Positions 17,072 through 25,824 of a stretch of DNA of 32,000 nucleotides are shown piece by piece. The stretch is from Halomicronema hongdechloris C2206 (GTDB lineage: Bacteria; Cyanobacteriota; Cyanobacteriia; Phormidesmidales; Phormidesmidaceae). The stretch lies in NCBI RefSeq assembly GCF_002075285.3, contig NZ_CP021983.2, forward strand, positions 4,050,001-4,082,000. The letters are read 5' to 3'. The position numbers and the translations under genes are program-made. Position 1 is the first letter of the stretch, and each line of letters opens with the position of its first letter. The notes below the pieces were generated by a model. It had not been told where the DNA came from and did no database searches. It saw only the letters and a list, made by a program, of their open reading frames with translations.

Positions 17072-17413
17072 GGGGATACCTCCAAATTGGGTATAGTGCT
17101 ATCGGCGGTTAACCGACTCAACAATTGCTAAGAGTTAGCCAGTCCAGCTCAGAATCTGGAGCTTTTTTCTGGTAATGCTCCAAATCTGCGTATGGACAAT
17201 AATTATAGTTACAGTCTAGAAGTCTTGAGCCTGGAGATCCCCTATCTAGGGATATAGCTTTGGGTAAGGGGCATGACTCGACAGGCAGACTTTTGAGCTA
17301 TTGATGGCAAGCGGTTATCAACTGGGGCTGGTTGCAGCGCGACATCAAAAGGTTTACAAACATGAAGGTTTTAGGCAGACCCTGGCATCTGTGAGCAGAC
17401 TGTAAAGAGAGCG

Positions 17414-17446
17414 GGGCTGACAGCATTGATGACATTCTGTCAGCCC
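17414..17446 (+). promoter_or_regulatory. Perfect 10-bp stem hairpin in the leader of the GGDEF gene
   Basis: GGGCTGACAG (17414-17423) pairs with CTGTCAGCCC (17437-17446) around a 13-nt loop. It ends 28 nt before the ATG at 17475. Confidence 0.4.
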
Positions 17447-17474
17447 ATCGCCCGGTGACATCAACCAACGACTC

Positions 17475-18395
17475 ATGATGCTAGCAGGGGTCAGCTTACC
17501 ATTAGCCCTCATGCCCCACGGGTCCTGTTTTTTCTGGGATCCTTGGCTTACGGCCTTGCATGTCGTGGCAGATGCTGGAGTGGCCTTAGCCTATTTCTCG
17601 ATTCCGCTGCTGTTATTTCTCTATAGAGACCGGGCAGCAGCAACGACACAGCCCTTGTTGCTCTTGTTTGCGGCCTTCATTTTGAGTTGTGGCCTAGGCC
17701 ATGGCTTTAGAATCTGGAATATCTGGCATGCCCACTATTGGCTAGAAGGGAGCTGGATGATGGTCACGGCTATGATCAGCCTCTATACGGCCTGGGAGTT
17801 GAAGCAGGTGATGCCGCTGTTGTTGTCGACCCAGAAAGATTTGCTCGATACTCAACAGTTGTTAGAAAAAGATGACCTGACGGGAGTAGCCAATCGTCGT
17901 GGCTTGGAGACGGCGTTTCAACGGTTAGTATTGCAATCGGTTGAGCCAGAGTTAGATCATGCACTACTACTCTTGGATTTGGATGATTTCAAACAGGTGA
18001 ATGATACCTATGGCCATGGGGTTGGAGATCTCTTGCTGCGGTTGGTGGCGGAAAAATTATGCGATCGCACCCGTTCCCTCGACACAGTGGTGCGCCTAGG
18101 AGGGGATGAATTTGCCATTCTGCTGGCGGGCTGTTCCCTAGCTGGGGCAAATTTAATTGCCCAGGATATTCGACGGGCCATGACCAGCATTCGATTGCCG
18201 ATGCAGGAGCAAGAGCCGTCTCAGCGATTCCAGGTAACAGCCAGTATTGGCATTGCTCCCATCCAGCCAGTTATGCCCCTGGGGCAATGCTATGACCAAG
18301 CAGACCAAGCGCTCTACCAGGCAAAACGCAGGGGCAAAAACCAGATCGCAATAGTCTCTTGCCAGACCCAGGCACCCCAGGTACAGGGTCTATGA
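17475..18395 (+). CDS. Membrane-bound diguanylate cyclase: ethylene-binding-domain-like 3-TM N-terminus fused to a GGDEF domain
   Basis: The N-terminus has ADAGVALAYFSIPLLLFLY and FAAFILSCGLGHGFRIWNIWHAHYW. I recall the plant ETR1 / Synechocystis SynEtr1 equivalents as AYFSIP and CGxxH. The C-terminus has LTGVANRRG, DLDDFKQVNDTYGH and RLGGDEFAILL, with an RSLD I-site five residues upstream. Confidence 0.75.
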   Translation: MMLAGVSLPLALMPHGSCFFWDPWLTALHVVADAGVALAYFSIPLLLFLYRDRAAATTQPLLLLFAAFILSCGLGHGFRIWNIWHAHYWLEGSWMMVTAMISLYTAWELKQVMPLLLSTQKDLLDTQQLLEKDDLTGVANRRGLETAFQRLVLQSVEPELDHALLLLDLDDFKQVNDTYGHGVGDLLLRLVAEKLCDRTRSLDTVVRLGGDEFAILLAGCSLAGANLIAQDIRRAMTSIRLPMQEQEPSQRFQVTASIGIAPIQPVMPLGQCYDQADQALYQAKRRGKNQIAIVSCQTQAPQVQGL

Positions 18396-18405
18396 ATAAT
18401 CGTCC

Positions 18406-20499
18406 CTAAGAATGGGGCTCACCGAAGAGGACAACGGAGCATGTTATCCCTGCCAGTACCTCATGGGTGACATCGCTAACGGCTAATCCGCCGGCAGTGC
18501 GGCGACGGGTAGACCGTAGAATCACCAAATCACTCTGCCGTGCCGCCGCCAGAATCACCTTGGCCGCAGACTCATGGCGCACAATTTTAACCCTACGGGG
18601 CACCTCAGGGCCATCCTGGATAGCGCCATAGAGCTGAATCTCAAACTTCTCGATTTGCGGCTTAGGGAGTCTGCGATCGCACACATGCAGCAGAGTAATC
18701 GAGGCGTCGTGGGTGTCGGCAAAAATCTGGGCGAAGCGCAACGTTTGCATAGCCTCCGGGGTCACCGTCTTGATCGGTACCAAAATATGGTGAATATCCA
18801 ACGGATCTGCCAACAACTGAGTCACCGCCACCGGACAGTGGGCTGCCCAGAATACACTATCGATCAGGGTGCCAAACAACCGAGCCCGCAACCCCTGCAC
18901 CGGACTCCAGCCCATGACGATTAAACTGGCATTATGCTCCCGAGCCGTGCGACTAATGCCCTCGGCCACATCATCATCCACCCGAATCATAGGATCGGCC
19001 CGGCTGCCAAACTCCTGGCTAATGACCTCGGCTTTACGTAACAACCCTCGGCCCCGCTCTAACGCCGTAATTAACTGGGGCTCATCCATGTGAACATGAG
19101 CCTGGGCAATGGTCAAAGGAATAATCCGTCCGGCCTCATGGCGAGCCAACAAGGCTGCCATCTCAATCAGATAGCGTTCTGTCAGGGGATTCGCCACTGG
19201 CACCACCACCGTGAATCCCTGAGTTTCAGAGGTCGGTCGAAACGGATCCCCCTGCTCTGAAGTAGGCACAGGAGTCAATGGCTGCCGCGGGCGCGGCAGC
19301 TGGCTGGCGACAAATCGTGTCAACGATGGCCCCACTAAGGCCGTCACCAGCATCAAGACAATCACGGCATTAAACACCTGAGAGCTAATTAGACCTGTCT
19401 GCAGGCCCACCAAAGCCGCCGCCAATGTGGCTGCCACCTGAGGCAACGAGAGAGACCACATCGTCACAGCCTGCACCCAGCTGTAGCCATAGACTCCCTT
19501 AATCAAAACACTGGCCAGCAACTTACTCAGCAACAATGCCGTCACAATAGCCGCAGTGAAGCCCAAATTAGACGTGACCGAATCAATAAACGCCGGCACA
19601 TCTAGCAACAGCCCCATACAGACAAAGAAAAACGGAATAAACAGCACACTGCCGACAAATTCCACCTTTTCCTTAACAGGACCGTCACCCACCACATCAT
19701 TGACGGCCAAGCCGGCCAAAAAGGCCCCGACGATTTTATCGACATTGATCAACTGAGAGCCCACTGCCGATAGAAATACGGCTAGCAGCACAAACAGGAA
19801 CTGATTGCCTTGCTCATCACCTGAGCGCCGAAAATAATGCCTCCCGGCCCAGTCCAGCCCAAACAATACCAAGGCCGCAAAGCCGGCTAACATCAGCAAT
19901 TGTGCGATCAGTGTGGTGACAGAAAATTCCCCTGCTTGGGCCGCCACACACATGGCCAGCACAATCAGAGCCGCAATATCGGTGAAGATAGTGGCTCCCA
20001 CCGTAATCGTCACCGACTCTTCCTTGGCTACGCCTAACCGCATCACAATGGGATAACCCAATAGAGTATGGGAAGAGAGCAACGATCCGATCAAAATAGA
20101 GCCATTCCAGTCATAGCCAAAGAAACGCCCTACCATGGTGCCAGCTGCCAAGGGAAGGAGAAAGGTAATGGCACCGAATCCCAGGGAGCGATTGCGGTTT
20201 TTGCTAAACTCCTGCAAATCGATTTCCAACCCGGCGACGAACATGAGATAAATTTTGCCGATATCGGAGAGCAGCTTTTCTACCTCGCCATCCGGATTTA
20301 ATAGGTGTAAGCCGCTAGGCCCCAGCAAGACGCCGGCCAATAATAGACCTACTAATCCTGGCAGTTTCAGCCGCTCAAAGATGGGGGGAATTGTCAGAGT
20401 CACTAACAGCAGAGCAGTGAACCCAATAATCGGGCTCTCAGGAAGCATGCGAATCAAGGATTCCATAGAGAGGTCAGCCAAGCTAAAGGGGTAGAGCAA
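18406..20499 (-). CDS. CPA2-family monovalent cation:proton antiporter with a C-terminal tandem universal-stress-protein (Usp)-like region
   Basis: About 400 aa with 12-13 hydrophobic segments (LGPSGLHLL, MFVAGLEIDL) followed by about 280 soluble aa with Usp-like blocks (LIVMGW, LVILRS). The start could be 20499 or the internal ATG (MESLIR..., near 20466). Confidence 0.75.
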   Translation of the reverse strand: MLYPFSLADLSMESLIRMLPESPIIGFTALLLVTLTIPPIFERLKLPGLVGLLLAGVLLGPSGLHLLNPDGEVEKLLSDIGKIYLMFVAGLEIDLQEFSKNRNRSLGFGAITFLLPLAAGTMVGRFFGYDWNGSILIGSLLSSHTLLGYPIVMRLGVAKEESVTITVGATIFTDIAALIVLAMCVAAQAGEFSVTTLIAQLLMLAGFAALVLFGLDWAGRHYFRRSGDEQGNQFLFVLLAVFLSAVGSQLINVDKIVGAFLAGLAVNDVVGDGPVKEKVEFVGSVLFIPFFFVCMGLLLDVPAFIDSVTSNLGFTAAIVTALLLSKLLASVLIKGVYGYSWVQAVTMWSLSLPQVAATLAAALVGLQTGLISSQVFNAVIVLMLVTALVGPSLTRFVASQLPRPRQPLTPVPTSEQGDPFRPTSETQGFTVVVPVANPLTERYLIEMAALLARHEAGRIIPLTIAQAHVHMDEPQLITALERGRGLLRKAEVISQEFGSRADPMIRVDDDVAEGISRTAREHNASLIVMGWSPVQGLRARLFGTLIDSVFWAAHCPVAVTQLLADPLDIHHILVPIKTVTPEAMQTLRFAQIFADTHDASITLLHVCDRRLPKPQIEKFEIQLYGAIQDGPEVPRRVKIVRHESAAKVILAAARQSDLVILRSTRRRTAGGLAVSDVTHEVLAGITCSVVLFGEPHS

Positions 20500-20727
20500 G
20501 AAGTTCTCCAGGATTACCCTAACCAGTGGCTCTTAGAGTTGCCATGAACTGTGCAGAGCATCTTCCCGCCATGATGAAGGGAAAGCGGTTGAGGAGCCAC
20601 ATCCACTCCCTGAGGGGGGTACCGCAGTGGTCAGATAGCCTGAGACAGTGTAGATTGACCCAATGCTTAGCCACCTCCAGCTTAATGCAGGCGCTATCTC
20701 AGCCTGGATAGCTCAGCCTGGTCAAGA

Positions 20728-21279
20728 TCAGCGACTCTCGATAATCCGAACTAACCAGATTAAGAGCGCCATCAGCACCAGATAGGACACCATGGCAACC
20801 AAGAGATTGATATCGAAGATGTTCTGATTGCCGTTGAAGGTGGGGCTGACGAACAGAGTCGAAAAGGGATTGACGAAGCTATTCGAGAGGCCGTAAATCA
20901 CCTGAGCAAAGGTATTCTCAGGGTTGGCCCCGGTGAGCCGTAGCAGGAAACGCAGGGCCAGCAGCAGCTCGAGGGCTCCCACCAGATAATAAACAGCCTG
21001 CTCGAATTTTCGTGCCACCGCGCTCCGTTGGGCCCTGGCGACTCGATGTTCTTCCCGTTCCAGTCGCATCCGTTCTGACTCGCGACTGGGCTGGGGCTGG
21101 TGGTCGCCGTTATCGTTTGGGGGAGGTCCTTGGGGAGGACGGGGATAATTATTGGCCATGGGTCTGGCTATGGTATCTAACAGTAGTGTTTCAGCGTAGC
21201 CCCAGATATGGGTCCATCTGTAGAGACGATACCAAAGAATATCGGCTTCCTCAGGAACCCCAGAGAAATCCTGAGTCAC
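20728..21279 (-). CDS. YggT/Ycf19-like membrane protein with a Pro-rich N-terminal extension
   Basis: The C-terminal ~95 aa has two TM segments and a YggT-like pattern (LRFLLRLTGANPENTFAQVIYGLSNSFVNPF). The extent of the N-terminus is uncertain. Confidence 0.5.
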   Translation of the reverse strand: MTQDFSGVPEEADILWYRLYRWTHIWGYAETLLLDTIARPMANNYPRPPQGPPPNDNGDHQPQPSRESERMRLEREEHRVARAQRSAVARKFEQAVYYLVGALELLLALRFLLRLTGANPENTFAQVIYGLSNSFVNPFSTLFVSPTFNGNQNIFDINLLVAMVSYLVLMALLIWLVRIIESR

Positions 21280-21394
21280 GTCTAGATAGCCTTAAATTGG
21301 TCGATGGTGCTGGTGGCGGCTACGCCTTGGCCACCAAAGCCCTCAAGTCTCGCTGGCCCAGCATAGGAAATCCTGTTGAGTAACTCGCAACCCA

Positions 21395-21763
21395 CTAGGA
21401 CTTAATCATGGTATCGAGCAACTCCCGGGCTGGTTGGGCCTTGACTAAAGCCTCTCGATAGTCACCATAGAGTTTGACCAGCTTGCCCAGGCTACCGATA
21501 CCCGCTTTCACCTGCTCCAGTTCTTCCCCCGATAGCATGTCGCCATCTAAGAGCCGATTGATCAGGGGCTTGATGTCACCAACGCCCTGCCGTGCCTTTT
21601 GTAATTTCTCGACGGTGCTTAGTAGCGTCTTCAGGGCAGCGAAGGTTTCGGTGACGGTTTGGTCATCCATGGCGGCAGCAGGCGCTGCTCCATTGCTGAC
21701 AGAGGCAGCAGCCATGGCTGGAGTGGGGGCAACCGCTGGTGTACTACTAGAAGTGGGGGCCAT
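21395..21763 (-). CDS. Hypothetical protein (Ala/Pro-rich N-terminus, helical C-terminus)
   Basis: A 122-aa ORF with host-like codon usage. No recognised motif. Confidence 0.4.
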   Translation of the reverse strand: MAPTSSSTPAVAPTPAMAAASVSNGAAPAAAMDDQTVTETFAALKTLLSTVEKLQKARQGVGDIKPLINRLLDGDMLSGEELEQVKAGIGSLGKLVKLYGDYREALVKAQPARELLDTMIKS

Positions 21764-21883
21764 AGTCTCTCCTACGGAAAAGCACTAACAAGTTAATGCA
21801 ATTGTACTACTTTGAGAATCAGCTTCGTTTGAGGTTAGATGTGGAGATGGGCTCAGGTCAATAATAGAAGGGGGATACCAACG

Positions 21884-22432
21884 ATGGGGAAGGTTTATTC
21901 CGAGTTATCTCAAGGGTTAATCCGCTGGATTGACCGGCAGCAGATGTTTTTCGTTGCCACGGCTCCCTTGGCCGCCGAGGGACATATTAACTGCTCTCCC
22001 AAGGGCATGGATTCCTTTCGAGTCCTGGGGCCTCAGGAGGTGGCTTACCTGGATCTCACCGGTAGTGGCAGTGAAACCATTGCCCATTTGCAGGAAAATG
22101 GCCGCATTGTGGTGATGTTCTGTGCCTTCCAAGGGGCACCCCAAATCCTACGGTTGTATGGCACTGGTCATGTCTATGAGTTAGGCACCACTGAGTTCCA
22201 GCAGTATACTCAGCATTTTAAGCGACTACCAGGGGCTCGGGCTGTAATTCGGGTTCGCCTCAGTCGCATCAGCGATTCCTGTGGCTATGGGGTGCCTTTG
22301 TATGATTTCCAGGGCCAACGGGAGACGTTGTCTAAGTGGGCTCAGAAAAAGGGGGAGACTAGGTTAGCCACCTATCGTCAACAGAAGAATCGCACCAGCC
22401 TGGATGGACTGCCTGGGTTTGGGGCTTCCTGA
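21884..22432 (+). CDS. Pyridoxamine 5'-phosphate oxidase-like FMN-binding family protein
   Basis: MGKVYSELSQGLIRWIDRQQMFFVATAPLAAEGHINCSPKG...RIVVMFCAF. This is the split-barrel PNPOx-like pattern. The ATG at 21884 is preferred over the upstream GTG. Confidence 0.55.
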   Translation: MGKVYSELSQGLIRWIDRQQMFFVATAPLAAEGHINCSPKGMDSFRVLGPQEVAYLDLTGSGSETIAHLQENGRIVVMFCAFQGAPQILRLYGTGHVYELGTTEFQQYTQHFKRLPGARAVIRVRLSRISDSCGYGVPLYDFQGQRETLSKWAQKKGETRLATYRQQKNRTSLDGLPGFGAS

Positions 22433-22557
22433 TCTCCCTCAGGGGATTCGCGTAACGATAAAGTCCCCCTCAAGGGAATAGCAAGTGGATGGGTGGATGG
22501 GATGTTTTTTAGGCGCAACTCCCTAACGTGATCGGGTGATGGCAAGGGCTATGGGAT

Positions 22558-22959
22558 TCAGCGCACGGCTCGCATGCCGGCGGTAGCAGGGTCAAATCCT
22601 GCTGGAAGTTGAGTCTCATCAGGGTCATAGTCGGCAGCTTCCACATTGGCTCCCGTCAAGTTAGCATCCCGGAGGTCGGTGCCAATTAACATGGCTCCCC
22701 GCAGGTCGGCATGGCTAAAGTTAGCCTGGCGCAGTATGGCGTAGCTGAGGTCAACTCCGCGCAGATTGGCCTGGCTGAAGTTGGCCTGGCTGAGGTCGCT
22801 ATAGCTGAGATCACTCCCTTTGAGAATGACATGACTGAGATCAGCGCCGGTGAGGGTGATACCGCTCAAGTATCGCTGCCCGGCGGCATAGGCTTGGCGC
22901 AGGGCAGCTGCAGTGTTAATGGCAGCAGGATGAGAGGCAGACATACTAGCGTCCTGCAA
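22558..22959 (-). CDS. Pentapeptide-repeat protein
   Basis: Consecutive A(D/N)LXX quintets: GADLSHVILKGSDLSYSDLSQANFSQANLRGVDLSYAILRQANFSHADLRGAMLIGTDLRDANLTGANV. Confidence 0.85.
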   Translation of the reverse strand: MQDASMSASHPAAINTAAALRQAYAAGQRYLSGITLTGADLSHVILKGSDLSYSDLSQANFSQANLRGVDLSYAILRQANFSHADLRGAMLIGTDLRDANLTGANVEAADYDPDETQLPAGFDPATAGMRAVR

Positions 22960-23121
22960 ATCGTCGAGGTCATTCTCAGCATACCGCTGCCCTCGCCCTT
23001 GGGGTATCCATGGCCCAGTAGTGGCCTGGCTTCGGTCTGGATGTCGAGGCCATGGGGGTGTCGTTTATGCTGGGATAGATGGTTGCTGCCGTGTTGTATT
23101 CCGAGGTCTGAGGTTTCGTTA

Positions 23122-24003
23122 ATGGCTGCTGCAATGAAGACCCTTCCTACCTGGACCATTCGCGATCGCATCTTCCGCTGGGGCTCGCGCACCTATCTGA
23201 TGGGCATTCTCAATGTCACCCCCGACAGCTTCAGTGACGGTGGCCAGTTCGACACCGTAGAGGCTGCCCTAGCCCAGGCCCAGCGGTTGGTGCATGCTGA
23301 CCTCGACATCCTCGATATTGGCGGCCAATCGACCCGACCTGGGGCGGCAGAGGTCTCGGTCGGTGAGGAGATAGAGCGGGTGATTCCAGTGATTGCAGCC
23401 CTACGAGCCCATAGCGATCCGGCCCTGCAGACCATTCCCATTTCCGTAGATACGACTCGGGCTCAGGTGGCCCGGGCGGCGATTCGAGCCGGGGCCGATC
23501 TGGTCAATGACATCTCGGGCGGGACCTTCGATAGTGCCATGCTGTCGACGGTCGCCGATCTGGGGGTGCCCATCGTCTTGATGCACATTCGCGGCACCCC
23601 AGCCACCATGCAGCAATACACCGATTATGAGGATGTGGTCGGCGACATTGCTCGATTTTTGCGGCGTCAAATCGACGATGCGATCGCAGTGGGCATCGAT
23701 CCCAGTCACATTGCCATTGACCCTGGCATCGGCTTTGCCAAGAGTTATCCCCAAAATATAGATGTTTTGCAGCGTCTACGGGACTTACAAGCCCTGGGCT
23801 ACCCCCTATTGGTGGGGCCGTCTCGCAAGAGCTTTATTGGCTGGATTCTCGATCAGCCCGATCCACAGCAGCGGCTGTGGGGAACGGCGGCAGCCTGTTG
23901 CGCGGCCATTGCCCATGGAGCCGATATGCTACGAGTGCACGATGGCCCCGAGATGCGGGATGTCTGCCGTGTCGCTGATGCCATTTGGCGCCGCAGGTTT
24001 TAG
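23122..24003 (+). CDS. folP: Dihydropteroate synthase
   Basis: GILNVTPDSFSDGG, DIGGQSTRPG, SVDT, NDISGG and GIGFAK motifs. The start is 23122 or 23134. The supplied ORF start at 22711 is an artefactual upstream extension that overlaps the pentapeptide gene. Confidence 0.9.
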   Translation: MAAAMKTLPTWTIRDRIFRWGSRTYLMGILNVTPDSFSDGGQFDTVEAALAQAQRLVHADLDILDIGGQSTRPGAAEVSVGEEIERVIPVIAALRAHSDPALQTIPISVDTTRAQVARAAIRAGADLVNDISGGTFDSAMLSTVADLGVPIVLMHIRGTPATMQQYTDYEDVVGDIARFLRRQIDDAIAVGIDPSHIAIDPGIGFAKSYPQNIDVLQRLRDLQALGYPLLVGPSRKSFIGWILDQPDPQQRLWGTAAACCAAIAHGADMLRVHDGPEMRDVCRVADAIWRRRF

Positions 24004-24157
24004 CTCTGGGGTTGGCCACGGGGACGCGGTTACCAAGCTCACAGCCACTACTCCGAGCAAGGACGGCTTTTTCAGGGATGGCCATCAAGCGTAGAATATT
24101 GACATATTCGAGTAATTGTCGGTGCGCCATTGCAAGAATAGGAGATGACTGGCAGCT

Positions 24158-24607
24158 ATGGCACGATATCGTTCAGTTCTAAGCCTGGTATTGGCTGCGA
24201 TCGCAACCTTTGTAGTGGGCTGCGGTTCGGCTAATCAGGCCCAGCCTCCCAGTTATACCCCAGAGCGCCTAGAGCAAATCGAGACCTACACGCCTAGGGT
24301 AATATCCTTGCGGGAGCGATTCCCAGAACTCGGAGACTATATCCAACAGAAAGATTGGATCAATCTACAGAGCTTTATCCATGGTCCCCTGGGAGAATTA
24401 CGGACTCGCCTAAACTGGTTGGCTAGTCAACTCATCCCACCGGAGCGCGAACGGGCCCAGGAATTAGCTCAAGAAGTCTTTCGGCATCTAGAGCGAGTTG
24501 ATTTAGCCGCCGATGAGCGTAACCAGGTGCAGGCTAATCAGGAATATCGCCATGCCCTAGATGACTTTGACGCGTTCATAGAGCTACTCCCTAACCAGGC
24601 TGGATAG
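24158..24607 (+). CDS. psbQ: PsbQ-like (CyanoQ) lipoprotein of photosystem II
   Basis: A lipoprotein signal peptide with lipobox VVGC|GS, followed by a ~120-aa helical domain whose pattern (YTPERLEQIE..., DWINLQSFIHGPLGELR) resembles CyanoQ as I remember it. Confidence 0.55.
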   Translation: MARYRSVLSLVLAAIATFVVGCGSANQAQPPSYTPERLEQIETYTPRVISLRERFPELGDYIQQKDWINLQSFIHGPLGELRTRLNWLASQLIPPERERAQELAQEVFRHLERVDLAADERNQVQANQEYRHALDDFDAFIELLPNQAG

Positions 24608-24708
24608 TGTTAACCTCAGTGGACACTGCTCTTGCCCTAGACTCGGCAGTTGAGTGATTCAGCTGCCTGCCCCGAGGGGACTGGCGAGTGCTAGTATCCG
24701 TTATTGCC

Positions 24709-25824
24709 ATGACCTTCCCTAGTGTCTTGCATCGACCGCCACTGCTTCGGATCGTCATCATTGGCTGTGGCATCATCGGAGCCACTGTAGCCTACGAACT
24801 CAGCCGAGAGCCTGGGATAACCGTTCAGGTGCTAGATCATCAAACCCCGGCCCAGGCCTCCACTGGAGCCGCCCTAGGCGTCTTGATGGGGGCCATCAGC
24901 CACAAGACCAAGGGACGGGCTTGGCGTCTCCGGGAAGCCAGTCTGCAGCGGTACGACGCGTTGATTGCAGAAGTCGAGGCGATCACTGGCCAGACGATTC
25001 CCTACAACCGCCAGGGCATCTTAAGTCTCTGCTTTGACGCCACCGAGCTTCCCCGTTGGCAGAGCCTTCAGCGTCTGCGGCAGCAACAGGGATGGCCCTT
25101 AGAAATCTGGTCACCGGACCACCTAGGACAGGCGTGTCCCCACATCGATCCCCAGCAAGTGGTGGCAGCCATCTATTCCCCTCGAGATCGCCAGGTCAAT
25201 CCGACGGTGTTGACCCAGGCGTTAGTAGACGCCGCTCAGCATCAGGGCGCCCATTGTGATTTCACAGCATCGGTACAAGCGCTGCACCGCCATGGCGATG
25301 GGGTCACCGTAGAGACCTCCGAGGGCAGCCATGATGCCGACCGAGTGATCATCTCCGCTGGTTTGGGATCTTCTGCCCTCACGGCTGCCTGGCCGCAGCC
25401 TGTGGCCATGGTACCGGTACTGGGGCAAGCGGTGCGGCTACGGCTGCTCCAGCCCTTAGGGAAGTCCGACTTTCAGCCGGTAATCAATGGTCATGATATC
25501 CATCTAGTGCCCCTGGGGCACCAGGAATATTGGCTGGGGGCCACAGTGGAGTTTCCCCCAGCAGAACACTCCCCCACTGCCGATCCCGCTCGGCTGGAGG
25601 CGGTGGTGCAGGGGGGGGTCGCCTATTGCCCGGCCCTGGCGACTGCCGAGGTGGTGGAGCAATGGCAGGGGCTAAGACCTCGACCCCAGGGGCAACCGGC
25701 CCCAGTGATTCAGCCCCTGGCTGAGGATGAGCGGATCTGGCTGGCCACGGGGCACTATCGCAATGGCGTGTTACTGGCTCCAGGGACTGCCTTGACCCTT
25801 AAGCAGAGGCTGATGGCGGAGTGA
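24709..25824 (+). CDS. FAD-dependent oxidoreductase (glycine oxidase ThiO / D-amino-acid oxidase family)
   Basis: N-terminal dinucleotide fold IVIIGCGIIGATVAYEL. Length and the C-terminal GHYRNGVLLAP are typical of the DAO family. Confidence 0.65.
   Translation: MTFPSVLHRPPLLRIVIIGCGIIGATVAYELSREPGITVQVLDHQTPAQASTGAALGVLMGAISHKTKGRAWRLREASLQRYDALIAEVEAITGQTIPYNRQGILSLCFDATELPRWQSLQRLRQQQGWPLEIWSPDHLGQACPHIDPQQVVAAIYSPRDRQVNPTVLTQALVDAAQHQGAHCDFTASVQALHRHGDGVTVETSEGSHDADRVIISAGLGSSALTAAWPQPVAMVPVLGQAVRLRLLQPLGKSDFQPVINGHDIHLVPLGHQEYWLGATVEFPPAEHSPTADPARLEAVVQGGVAYCPALATAEVVEQWQGLRPRPQGQPAPVIQPLAEDERIWLATGHYRNGVLLAPGTALTLKQRLMAE

Noticed and set aside
20690-20770. A tRNA-like string (GGATAGCTCAGCCTGGTCAAGA) with complementary ends GGCGCT/AGCGCC, which could have been a tRNA or an att-site fragment.
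   Set aside because: No T-loop (GTTCGAATC-type), no consistent D or anticodon stems, and an 81-nt span. It overlaps the 3' end of the YggT-like CDS. Also, CTCAGCCTGG is simply repeated twice. I judged it coincidental.
22711-23121. The supplied 430-aa ORF extends folP about 410 nt upstream and overlaps the pentapeptide-repeat gene on the opposite strand.
   Set aside because: The upstream part (MAKVSLAQYGVAEVNSAQIGLAEV...) is the antisense image of the pentapeptide repeats. Recognisable FolP sequence starts only at MAAAMKTLPTW (23122).  This is a high-GC read-through artefact.
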